Source of the DNA: Chara braunii
Lineage: Eukaryota; Plantae; Charophyceae
Length of the DNA stretch: 56,727 nucleotides
Direction: 5' to 3'
Assembly (NCBI GenBank): GCA_003427395.1
Contig: BFEA01000010.1
Span: 4,703,248 to 4,759,974, forward strand
The translations under genes were made by a program, and so were the position numbers. Each line of letters begins with the position of its first letter. Within the stretch, counting starts at the first letter, position 1. This document shows, piece by piece, positions 22,370 to 34,125 of this stretch. A model generated the notes under the pieces. It made no database searches. It was not told the DNA's origin and saw only the letters and a program-made list of their open reading frames with translations.

Positions 22370-23267
22370 ATGAGGTGGCTCTGCTCCTCATCCCTTGTGT
22401 TTTGGCCTGTCCAAGTTCTTGTTTTTCTCTCATTTAGTGGTAGATGGAGTTGCGATTCGACCATGGATGCTTCGCTGCTCATCCCTTGTGTTTCGGTCTG
22501 TCCAAACTCTTGTTTTTCTCTCATTTGGTAGTAGGTAGAGTTGGGAGTCACCCATGGATGCTCCGCTGCTCATCCCTAGTTTTTTGGTCTGTCCAAGTTC
22601 TTGTTTTTCTCTCATTTAGTGGTAGATAGAGTTGTGATTCACCCATGGATGCCCCGCTGCTCATCCCCTGTGTTTCGGTCTGTCCAAGCTTTTGTTTTTC
22701 TTTCATTTGGTAGTAGGTAGAGTTGCGAGTCACCCATGGATGCTCCGCTGCTCATCCCTTGTGTTTTGACCTGTCCAAGTTCTTGTTTTTCTGTCATTTA
22801 GTGGTAGATAGAATTGCGATTCACCCATGGATGCTCCGATGCTCACCCCTTGTGTTCTGGCCTGTCCAAGCTCTTGTTCTCCACTCATTTGATAGTAGGT
22901 AGTGTGGCGATACACCCATGGATGTTCCGCTGCGCATTCCTTGTGATATTGGTTGTTCTTGCTCTTGATTTGCACCCATCTGATAGTAGGAAGTATCGCA
23001 ATGCACCCATGGATGTTCCGTTGTTCTTCCCTTGTGATTTGGGCTGCTCACACTTGTACTTTTCACTCATGTAGTCGGTACTAGTGCTCCGATTCTTCCT
23101 TGAATGTTGTGCTGTGTTTCCCTTGTGATTTGGACTGTTCACACTTGTGCTTTTCACTCATGTGGTAGGTAGGAGTGTTCCGAGTCTTCCTTGGGTGTTG
23201 TGTTGTTCTTCCCTTGTGATTCGCATTGTTCACACTTGTGCTTTTCACTCATGTGGTAGGTAGGAGT
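22370..23267. repeat. 91-bp tandem array with alternating (182-bp) higher-order structure
   Basis: CCATGGATG at 22461, 22552, 22643, 22734...; odd and even units differ consistently. Confidence 0.9.
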
Positions 23268-25697
23268 AAATATTTACAAGAGAAGATTTACAAGAGAAGA
23301 TCGCTGGTTTACAAGCGAAGATCGCTGGTTTACAAGAGAAGATTTACTTGAGTCTGCACCTCACATTGTATCTGCATATGAGAAAGCTAAAAGAGGAGTA
23401 AATATTATTCATAGGTGAAGGTTTTCTCAAAGGACTTCGAATCTAGGCCGACGAGAGAAAATGCCTTTACTCGATTCAGCCCCTGTTTGACAAAAGCAGC
23501 ATATTGGGGTCCCTCGCCCAGAGCCCAATTCGTGAAAACAGATCAAGAGACATATTCTCTGGGTCAAAGGTCACATCCTGGCTAAAGTAAAGACAATGTC
23601 AAAGGTCATGGTTGAGCTCTGGACGAACAGTCACCATGTTTAGATTTGGAGGTCACATCTGTTCGCCAGGGGCAATGTAAGTTATGTTTATTCCCACAAG
23701 GGATGTGTCTGTACATGCAGTCAATGTGTCTGTTCGTGCAGAAGGAGTATCTGTTCGTGCATTGGGTGTATTTGTCCAACAAAAGTCAAAGAGTTAAGTT
23801 CCAGTCCGTATTCGAATTAGAAAGAAAGTCTAGATTCTGATTGGGAGTCCAAAATCAAGGCCTAAAGGCCGCAGCAGCAGCAACTCCTGAAGGAAAGGGA
23901 TTTGGGACACATACACAAAGGCTGGGAATGGGAAAGGATCAAGACAGGCACAATTCAGACCTCGCCAGGGGAGGCCAGCACTATAAGAAACGAGGCAGCC
24001 TCCCCCACAGGAGATTCCCATTGGCATAGATGCGTCGAAGTGCTGAGGCACTTGTGCGCTATAGTGCAGGGAGTTGGGCGCTGAAGAAGAAGTTGTGCCA
24101 GGGAGGAAATGAGTTGGGCGCTGGCTGCAGGGAAGCCATAGCTGCGCCAGCCTAAGTTGGTAGTAGTAAGGCTAGTCAGTAGTGGAATATCAGTGAGTGA
24201 CATTCAAAGTAGATCTTTATAGGTGAGAGTGTGCATGCATAGTGTAGGGAAGAGAACCAAGACCGAGTTATTGAGAGAGAGAGCAAGAGAGAGAAAAGCA
24301 GGGAGTGAGTCGGGATATGATGAACACGTCTGGATATGATGAACACTTACCTGTTGGCGCCACACCTGTGATTTGAAGGAGAGCATTGGTTGAGCCTGGT
24401 TCCACGTTGTTGTATGACATGGGAGACTTACCTCTTGTTGGCGCTGAACTCTGGAACTCAAGATACTCTTTGTGTTGAGTGACATTGATAATATAAGCTG
24501 CACTACTTGGTTCTTATCTCATCTCAATCTGATTTTGTGTGAGGCCACTTTGTACGTGTGATGACATGTATGCATGTGGTTTGATGCTCTCGAGCAAGCT
24601 GTGAACAGTCAGGTTCCTTGCAAAGCACCCCACGCCTTCTTCCACCCCTGATAGGCCCTAGCCATAGGCCAGGGCAGATAGACGTCCACTGCACGATCCT
24701 CAGACCTGTAGTGGATCGCAAGAGCCATAAACATGCTATCCACAAAAGCAGTGGAACTCTATAATAAAGAAAGTTGAGAAATCTAGGATGCGGAGCAAGC
24801 TCCATGCGAAGTCCATGCGATGGAGCCTAAGCTACATAATGTCGAATGAAAAGCAAATGTATGGTATACACATCCTAGCTAACAACAGAAAATAAAATGT
24901 AGCAAGATACAATCTTAAAGTCCTGGAGGCAATTGCCTCAGTGCTGAAAGGAAAAGAGAGCAATATGTCACAAGTAATGTCGTGTCGTTGAACCACTAAG
25001 AGTGGGATGGTCTCAGAGGGGGTGAATGCAGCCTAAGAATCGGAACTGCTAAGGGCAGTCACACACGAGGTGGGGTAGGTCATGAGGCTCGGGGTGATGT
25101 AGTGGTAGCGATGCAAGACGAATGACCCTAACAGATAGACCATGAAGGCGGGTAATGCTCAACGAAAGGGTGACACCATGAAGGGTCGACCATGAAAGGG
25201 GAGCCTAGAATAGGGCGGACATATGCCTAACTGAAGGCATACAATGATCGACACTAGGGTGATGAGAGATGTTGTGGGTGAGTGAAATTCCACACAACTC
25301 ACCGACTGGGGGAGGGAGCTAGATGTGGGAGTGGGGAGACCAAGGTAACGCTACGATCCAATGCCTATGCGATACAAAGGAGAGCCCAACTTAGAGAGAC
25401 CCAGCTAAGTGAGAACCATCATGCGACACATGCAAGGGAATATACAAGGTAGGGTGGCGGCATGGGGAAGTCACATCCAAAGTAGTTGAAGCCGATAAGG
25501 TAGCTGAAGTCGAGAAGGTAGTTGAAGTCATCGAAGTGGTCGATGAAGTAGGAGTCGAGTCAATGTCGAAGCAGAGCCGCAAAACGCTGACATCCTGAAG
25601 AAGCTGATGATGGAGTACATGAAGGTGTGAGTCAGTAGGAAGATAGTAGGTGATCAGAGTGTCAGTTGTCGAGACGTCAAGGGCGTCGACGAGTGCG

Positions 25698-26009
25698 CTA
25701 TGGACGAGCGGAGGTGTCGGTCTGCTGCTGAAGAACGGCCTCAGAGGAAGCGGGTTCATCCTCAACAATCTCCTCAGTCGGAGGATGAGGAAGAGGGTCC
25801 GTCGGTTGAGGAGGAACAAATGTCTCAACATGACAAACACGATCATATACACGCACCAACATTCGGGCATGCTCCAAGTGCTCGAGGGGCTCCCACGTAA
25901 CGTCCTTATCATGATAGCCCTTCCAAAGCACAAGGTACTTGATGCGTGGAGGGGTATCCTCGGTAACTCAGTAAGATACAATGTCGAAAACGAGGAACTC
26001 CTCGTGACC
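25698..26009 (-). pseudogene. Chromodomain, probably the integrase C-terminus of an older chromovirus-type Gypsy element
   Basis: GHEEFLVFDIVSY*VTEDTPPRIKYLVLWKGYHDKDVTWEPLEHLEHARMLVRVYD matches the chromodomain YLVxWKGY...TWEP pattern; cut off by the B LTR end. Confidence 0.8.
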
Positions 26010-26281
26010 GTTTTAGGGTCGTACCCAGTTAGACTTTAGAGTCTGAGTCGACCCCACTGACGGTCCTAGTTGGCTCTGCTCCGCCCGCACTCATGCTCAG
26101 GGCGCGGAGAGTTCGTCACAGGGGCATCCCCACCTAGTGCTTTGAGATGGATGGGGATGGACCATTTTGCGAAAGAGCTTTGACGTTGGGGATGTAGCTC
26201 CGCCCTCTCGCCGGATTGTAGTCTCGCCAACCTTTTCATCAGACGTGGTTCTTCTTGATGCTTTGAGGTGTTATCATGCAG

Positions 26282-26943
26282 TTGCTCCTTCCAATACCCA
26301 AGCAGTCCAAGGAGTTTATTGAAAGTCTGTCTTCTTTTATGCGTAGGCCAAGCGTTCTCCTCGGGCCACGCATGCATTCACTAAGCGGGGAGTCCTCACA
26401 GTCTTGTTCAGCCTGCGGTGGCCCTTCGGCTCAGGCCCGCGGACCATGTCTGGGGGTCCCCCTGCGCCTCCCTGGGCTTTTGCCTGCTTCCATTTTGACC
26501 ATCCTACTTGTAACTTTCACGGTCGCGTACATCATGCATGTCTTCCTTTTATCCAGCCTATGCATTTGTCTTATACACCCCTTATTCTCTTCGGGGCCCA
26601 ATCCCCCATACATTGCTCCTTCCAATACCCAAGCACTCCAGGGAGTTTATTGAAAGTCTTTCTTCTTTTATGCGTAGGCCAAGCGTTTTCCTCGGGCCAC
26701 ACATGCATTCACTAAGCGGGGAGTCCTCACAGTCTTGTTAAGCCTGCGGTGGCCCTTCGGCTCGGGCCCGCGGACCATGTCTCGGGGTCCCCCTGCGCCT
26801 CCCTAGGCTTTTGCCTCCTTCCATTTTGACCATCCTACTTGTAACTTTCACGGTCGCGTACATCATGCATGTCTTCCTTTTGTCCAGCCTATGCATTTGT
26901 CTTATACACCCCTTATTCTCTTCGGGGCCCAATCCCCCATACA
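26282..26943. repeat. 331-bp near-identical tandem duplication in B U5
   Basis: TTGCTCCTTCCAATACCCAAGCA at 26282 and 26613; AATCCCCCATAC at 26600 and 26931. Confidence 0.9.
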
Positions 26944-27679
26944 CGCCCAATTTTTTCATTTTCATATAGGCGGCCTTCTTGACCGCCTCATGTGTTTGCA
27001 ATTTGCTATATCCAACTTTGCTTTGCACAAACATGCTCAATAACTTATTCAAGGGCAAGGGTTAAGTCCACAACCCATTCGACCTCAGTCCCACTTTCTC
27101 TTTGTTGCCCGACATACCCGGGACCCATTCCCGCTCAATGACTCTTTAGGCTACTTACCTGCACATTCAACACAATTTATGCAAACCATCCCCAACATGG
27201 GGTCAACACATAATCCCTCCCACAAGCCTAAGTTCACTTTTCCTTAGCTCTTTGTGCTTTCCTCTTCCTTCCTTAGTCCAGGCCAATCTCTTTCCTTAGT
27301 CATGCAGTCGGGGTAATGGTTGAGTCAAATGACCTTGCTTTAAGTACCAACTCTTTTTAGTCCCTTTTCAGACTTGCCTCTTTCCAATTTCTCAAGTGTC
27401 TTTTCCTTCCCTTCTTGGCGGCACAAGGGACTGGCAACCCTCCCCTTGCCCACTTTCTCCACCAAGTGAGGATAAATTCCTTTCACCGTTCGTTCCCTGA
27501 CAATGTAACAAGTGAGTGAGGGAAGGGTTAGTTATATGCCAAGAGGGGAGAGGGGGAGGAGGTAAGGTCAAGGCTTTAGAGTGTGGCAGACGGAGGATGA
27601 CGGGAAGAGGGAGGCGACGATGAAGGAAGAAGAAGAGGAGGCAAGAGAGAGGAGGAAGAGGATAGGTGAGGGGGAAGCG

Positions 27680-27716
<37 letters not shown>

Positions 27717-28313
27717 NNNNNNNNNNNNNNNNNNNNNNNNNNNNNNNNNNNNNNNNNNNNNNNNNNNNNNNNNNNNNNNNNNNNNNNNNNNNNNNNNNNN
27801 NNNNNNNNNNNNNNNNNNNNNNNNNNNNNNNNNNNNNNNNNNNNNNNNNNNNNNNNNNNNNNNNNNNNNNNNNNNNNNNNNNNNNNNNNNNNNNNNNNNN
27901 NNNNNNNNNNNNNNNNNNNNNNNNNNNNNNNNNNNNNNNNNNNNNNNNNNNNNNNNNNNNNNNNNNNNNNNNNNNNNNNNNNNNNNNNNNNNNNNNNNNN
28001 NNNNNNNNNNNNNNNNNNNNNNNNNNNNNNNNNNNNNNNNNNNNNNNNNNNNNNNNNNNNNNNNNNNNNNNNNNNNNNNNNNNNNNNNNNNNNNNNNNNN
28101 NNNNNNNNNNNNNNNNNNNNNNNNNNNNNNNNNNNNNNNNNNNNNNNNNNNNNNNNNNNNNNNNNNNNNNNNNNNNNNNNNNNNNNNNNNNNNNNNNNNN
28201 NNNNNNNNNNNNNNNNNNNNNNNNNNNNNNNNNNNNNNNNNNNNNNNNNNNNNNNNNNNNNNNNNNNNNNNNNNNNNNNNNNNNNNNNNNNNNNNNNNNN
28301 NNNNNNNNNNNNN

Positions 28314-29037
28314 ATGGGTAGAGGAGATGGAGGAGGAAGATGGTGTGAGGTGGTCGGCTATGGTGGATGGGTGAAGAAGATGGAGGAGGAAGATGGTGTG
28401 AGGTGGTTAGCTATGGTGGATGGGTGGAGAAGATGGAGGAGGAAGATGGTGTGAGATGGTTGGCTATGGTGGATGGGTGAAGAAGATGGAGGAGGGAGAT
28501 GGTGTGACGTGGTTGGCTATGGTGGATGGGTGAAGTAGATGGAGGAGGGAGGTGGTGTGAGGTGGTTGGCTATGGTGGAGGGGTGAAGAGATGGAAGAGG
28601 AAGATGATGGGAGGTGGTTCGGCTATGGTGGATGGATGAAGAAGATGGAGGAGGGAGACCGTGTGAGGTGGTTGGCTATGGTGGATGGGTGAGGAAGATG
28701 GAGAGGAAGATGGTTTGAAGTGGTTGGCTATGGGGGATGGTTGAAGGAGATGGAGGAGGGAGATGGTGTGAGGTGGTTAGCTATGGTGGAGGGGTGAAGA
28801 GATGGAGGAGGAAGGTGACGGGAGGTGGTTCGGCTATGGTGGATGGATGAAGAAGATGGAGGAGGAAGATGGTGTGAGGTGGTTGGATATGGTGGATGGA
28901 TGAAGAAAATGGAGGAGGGGGATGGTGCGAGGTGGTTGGCTATGGTGGATGGGTGAAGAAGATGGAGGAGGGAGATGGTGTGAGGTAGTTGGCTATGGTG
29001 GATGGGTGAAGAAGATGGCAGAGGAAGATGGTGTGAA
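28314..29037. repeat. ~53-bp G-rich tandem array (counterpart of 480-1170)
   Basis: GGCTATGGTGGATGGGTGAAGAAGATGGAGGAGGAAGATGGTGTGAGGTGGTT units; flanks an N gap. Confidence 0.92.
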
Positions 29038-29879
29038 GAGTCCGATACTTCGTCCTACTCTAAGCGTCCGGCTCCGCCTCCTTAAGTTATCCGTAATTCC
29101 GGATTTCAAAAAGTTCAGACTTACATCAACTAATCCTACAACAGATATGCAGAAAACACAGACTCACAAAAACATAGATTTCAGAAAACACAGTCTTTGC
29201 AGATTTGCAGATTTGCAGATTCTGCAGATTTTTGTCGTTTTTGCTTAAGGAGGTGGAATCGAAAAACACAGTTATGTGTTTCCTACCCCAAACGATGTCA
29301 GAATCAGTCCTAATTTGGTGGGCTCTCTGTCTGTACTCTATGAAAGAAACCCACCAAGTTTGGTCGGATTTTGTCGTCGTTTGCCCCTACTTGCCTGTTT
29401 CGGGCACCGCTCGAGGCTCTAGGCGAACAGTTCGGTAAGTCCATTTCCCGTTTTTGGAGGAAAATGGACACAGATGACCCGCAGGTTTTGCAGGTCATCT
29501 GATTGTGCCTAGGATATGAGGTCTGCGAATTCTCAGCCCCCATATCCCTAGTTTGGCGGAGCCGGCCAGAAGTGCCCCCATATCCTTGGTTTAGTGGAAC
29601 TGGCCAGAAGTGCTCCCCGGTCGCATTGGCCCTTTAGTTCCTTTTTTCGGACCGGCCCGTGCTCCGGAGGTCAGCCATTGACTTTTCAGCAGCAAAGGGC
29701 TTGGTCAGGAATCAGCAGTAACAATAACATTATTATAAACAGCAACAACAACAACAACAGTCCCAGTAAAGAAAGCACAATTTTTTTTCCTTTCTACTAT
29801 TTACCACGTTCGATTAGAACACGGGGGTCTCGTTAGGCCAAGTATGTGTCAAGTTGATTAACTAGGGAATAATTGGACT

Positions 29880-31460
29880 GTCACTAAGTGCAAGGGATGA
29901 ACAAAGCATGAGTGTGACAAGGGAAAACACATGCTCCACACAGGTTGAACATCTAGGGAAGAATCGGTCTGTCACCAAGTGCATAGAATGGACAAAGCAT
30001 GAGTGTGACAAGGAAAAACTCATGCATTTCATAAGTTGAACAACTAGGGAAGCATCGGACTATCACCAAGTGCAAGGAATGGACAAAGTTATGTGTCGCA
30101 AGGGAAGACTCATGCATTTCCCAAGTTGAACAGTCAGGGAAGAATCAGACTATCACCAAGTGCAAGGAATGGACAAAGCATGGGTGTGACAAGGGAAAAG
30201 CCATGCATTTCAATAGTTGAACAACCAAGGAAGAATCAGACTATCACCAAGTGAAAGGAATAAACAAAGCATGAGTGTGACAAGGGAAAATACATGCATT
30301 TCATAAGTTGAACAGCTAGGGAAGAATCGGACTACCACCAAGTGTAAGGAATGGACAAAGCATGAGTGTGACAAGGAAAAACACATGTATTTTACAAGTT
30401 GAACATCCAGGCAAGAATCGGACTACCACCAAGTGCAAGGAATGGACAAAGCATGAGTGTGACAAGGGAAAACACATGCATTTCACAAGTTGAACAACTA
30501 GGGAAGAATCAGACTACCACCAAGTGCAAGGAATGGAGAAAGCATGAGTGTGACAAGGAAAAACACATGCATTTCACAAGTTGAACATCTAGGGAAGAAT
30601 CTTACTACCCCCAAGTGCAAGGAATGGACAAAGCATGAGTGTGACAAGGGAAAACACATGCATTTCACAAGTTGAACAGCTAGGGAACAATCGGACTATC
30701 ACCAAGTGGAAGGAATGGGCAAAGCATGGGTGTGACAAGGGAAGACTCATGCATTTCATAAGTTGAACAGCTAGGGAAGAATCGGGTTATTACCAAGTGC
30801 AAGGAATGGACAAAGCATGAGTGTGACAAGGGAGAACACATGCATTTTACAAGTTGAACAGCCAGTGAAGAATCGAACTATCACCAAGTGCAAAGAATAA
30901 ACAAAGCATGAGTGTGATAACAGAAAACACATGCATTTTACAAGTTGAACAGCCAGGGAAGAATCGGACTATCACCAAGTCCAAGGAATGGAGGAAGCAA
31001 GAGTGCGACAAGGGAAAACACATGCATTTCATAAGTTGAACTGCCAGGGAAGAATCAGACTATCACCAAGTGCAAGGAAGGGACAAAGCATGAATGTGAC
31101 AAGGGAAAACACATGCCTAAGACTAGTGGAACAACCAAGGATGAATCAGACTATCACCAAGTGCAAGGAATGGACGAAGCAAGAGTGCGACAAGGGAAAA
31201 CACATGCATTTCACAAGTTGAATTGTTAGGGAAGAATCAGACTATCACCAAGTGCAAAGAAGGGACAAAGCATAAGTATGACAAGCGAAAACACATGCCT
31301 AAGACTAGTGGAACAACCAAGGATGAACCGGACTATCACCAAGTGCAAGGAATGAATAAAGCGTGGTTGTGACAATGGAAGACTCATGCATTCCACAAGT
31401 TGAAGAGCTAGGGAAGGATCGGAGTATCACCAAGTGCAAGGAATGAACAAAGCATGAGTG
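29880..31460. repeat. 91-bp tandem array, ~17 copies
   Basis: Unit GGGAAGAATCAGACTATCACCAAGTGCAAGGAATGGACAAAGCATGAGTGTGACAAGGGAAAACACATGCATTTCACAAGTTGAACAGCTA. Confidence 0.95.
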
Positions 31461-32305
31461 AAAGATCATCCAAACACTAGAATGAGCACAAACCAAAGTT
31501 GCAATTTACTACTAAGTGAAGAAATGGAGAGAAAGTGAAGTGAGAGTGAGTGAAACTCACTCTCATGCATGAAATCACAAGATGGAAAGTGGCGATTTAC
31601 ATGAGAGTGAAGGAATGGACAAAACAAGAGTGAAAAATCATCCAGAACCCTAGAAGCAGCATAAACCAAAGTTGCGATTTACTACTAAGTGAAGAAATGG
31701 AGAACAAGTGAGCGGAGAGTGAGTGAAACTCACTCTCATGCATGGAATCTCAAAATGGAAAGTGATGATTTACATAGAAGTGAATGAATGAATAAAACAA
31801 GAGTGAAAGATTATCCAAAACACTAGAAAGAACAAAAATCAAAGTTACGATTTACTACTAAGTGAAGAAGTGGAGAGAAAGTGAAGGAAGAGTGAGTGAA
31901 ACACACTATCATGCATGAAATTTCAAAATGGAAAGTGACGATTTACATGGGAGTGAAGGAATGTCCAAAACAAGAGTGAAAGACCATCCAAAATACTCGA
32001 AAGAGTCAAACCAAAGATGCAATTTACTACCAAGTGAAGAAATAGAGAGAAAGTGGAGGGAGAGTGAGTGAAACTCGCTCTCATGCATGAAGTCTCAAAA
32101 TGGAAAGTGACAATTTACATGGAAATGAAAAAATGGACAAAACAAGAGTAAAAGATCATTCAAAACACAAGAAAGAGCACAAACCAAAGTTGTGATTTAC
32201 TACAAAGTTAAGAAACGGAGAGAAAGTGAAGCGAGTGAGTGAAACTCACTCTCATGCATAAAATCTCGAAATGGAAAGTGGCGATTTACATGGAAGTGAA
32301 GGATG
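31461..32305. repeat. 173-bp tandem array, ~5 copies
   Basis: TTACTAC at 31506, 31679, 31852, 32024 and 32197. Confidence 0.92.
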
Positions 32306-32469
32306 AGCCCATGGGGAGACCATTACTAGTGAAAAAACCTCCTACTATCTACTCTAAGTTTTGGAGAGTGTCTATGGAGAGAGAGAAGATGAGGAAAAAG
32401 AACAAAGGGCAATGTAGCTGAGGGAACATGAAGGAGTATGAGAATAAGAATGAGAGGACGAAAGAGGAG

Positions 32470-32568
32470 AGGAGGAAGAAGAAGAAGAAGAGGAAGAAGA
32501 AAAGCAAGAAGAAGGAGAAAAAGAAGAAGAAGAAGAAGAAGAAGAAGACGAAGAAGAAGAGGAAGGAG
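32470..32568. repeat. (GAA)n microsatellite
   Basis: Direct reading. Confidence 0.9.
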
Positions 32569-33579
32569 AGTATTCTCCTTCTTTCCACTCACTTCCTCAA
32601 GTATCTTGGAGTTGAAGCACCAATCTTAATGATACTTTCCCCTTCACTTGACTATGACGTACTTCTTCCTCAAACCCTTCTCATCCCTCCTCCTCAGTTT
32701 CTTTCTGACGATGGCAAGCTCCTATCACTATGGCTATGGAGTCCTCCTCTCTAAGAGACCATGAGGGACTCCTNTTAGCCTTTCCTTCTTCCTCACAGCC
32801 TGGGGGCTATGGGGGATCACATTCCTAAGCCACCCTCACTACCACTCGCCTTTAGAGTTCCTCATACAAATACACAGTCTCCTCTAAGCTCCCAAACTGG
32901 TAGAGGTTCCCCTCTCCTTACTCCAAGCGAGAGAAGTGTTCATATGAGCTCACTTGGGCAGCATGGGCATTACTCATGCAAATGTGAGTGTGATGGGCTG
33001 CTCCCTCAGCTTATGTAGGCTGAAACTGGAGTACCGGCCAACCCATAAGCCTCCCCATGTTCCCCAAAGTGAACCGAGGTACCCCCAAGGCAAAAACCCA
33101 CCACTAGGCCCCTCCAGGGATACCTGGGAGTCCGAGTGGTTGGTACCAACTCGGATTGCCTCTTGGCCTCCTTCAGCATCCTTTTCTTTTTGAAATGCTG
33201 CCCCCTTGAGTCCAAATGCTCAAGGGGCAACCCTACTTGAGAGAAAAAGACCTAGTGGACCTTCTTATCGATTTTTTTCAGTTTCTACCCCATTTTTGGT
33301 AGGTCAAGGTATTTTCCAATGCCTCGGTGTTTTTTCAGTCTTGGATCTGGCTGAGATCCGAGGCCAGCAATATTTTGCGCTACCCCTTGGTGATCCTTGC
33401 TTCAAATTTGAGCCCCTAAGCTTAGTTTTTCAATTTTTCGTGCATCTGGCCCTTCGTTTGGGCCAAATGCATAACTTCATTTTTTTCCTTCTTTTGTTTC
33501 TTATCATTTTGAGCTGCCAACTCATTCCGAAGTTGACCGTTTGAGTTGACCTCATAAAAAACGGCCCTTTTTCCTATAG

Positions 33580-33741
<162 letters not shown>

Positions 33742-33764
33742 CTTACCTTTTGGGGAATAAAATT

Positions 33765-33857
33765 ATGACACAACCTAATCCAAATAAGCAGATTGTTGAA
33801 CTAAATCGTACTAGTNTTTTCTGGGGCTTANTGCTTATTTTTGTACTTGCAATACTC
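33765..33857 (+). pseudogene. psbL: Plastid-derived (NUPT) photosystem II protein L, 3'-truncated
   Basis: MTQPNPNKQIVELNRTSxFWGLxLIFVLAIL, following psbF as in the psbEFLJ operon. Confidence 0.93.
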
Positions 33858-34094
33858 CATGGCCCAAACGAAAACCGAACATTTTTCTTTTGCATTTTCT
33901 CTTAATTTTCTCTTTTTCATTCAGATTTTGCAGAGATATTGCCCTAAGGGTCATATCTCTGCAATCCGGATTGCCCTCCACTAAATCTGGAAGGATGAGG
34001 TCACAGTAGGGACCTGCCAGGCGCTACTGTGCTTGTCCCAATAGGCTAACACATTTTCCTCCACTCTTTTCTCCCCCTTTGTCTCATTTTTTGT

Positions 34095-34125
<31 letters not shown>

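Larger units (their letters stand above)
1..23267 (+). mobile_element. Giant Ty3/Gypsy LTR retrotransposon, copy A (decayed; 5' LTR starts before window, 3' LTR truncated)
   Basis: LTR end ...CCCGACA (2541), PBS 2546, gag-PR-RT-RH-INT in Gypsy order (7970-14554), PPT 19537-19548, LTR start TGTCGG (19551). The 91-bp array at 1-230 recurs at 23030-23267. Confidence 0.93.
19551..23267 (+). repeat. 3' LTR of copy A (U3 part, truncated in the 91-bp array)
   Basis: Starts TGTCGGAACC; homologous to the reverse complement of 43085-42930 and 36357-33510. Confidence 0.87.

Noticed and set aside
26188-26260. tRNA-Ala gene or SINE starting GGGGATGTAGCTC
   Set aside because: Only 13 nt match; no anticodon or T arm follows. 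Treated as a primer-interaction box instead.
29880-32305. CRISPR-like regular repeats (also 22370-23267 and 36757-37240)
   Set aside because: Head-to-tail units without unique spacers, no cas genes, eukaryotic LTR context.
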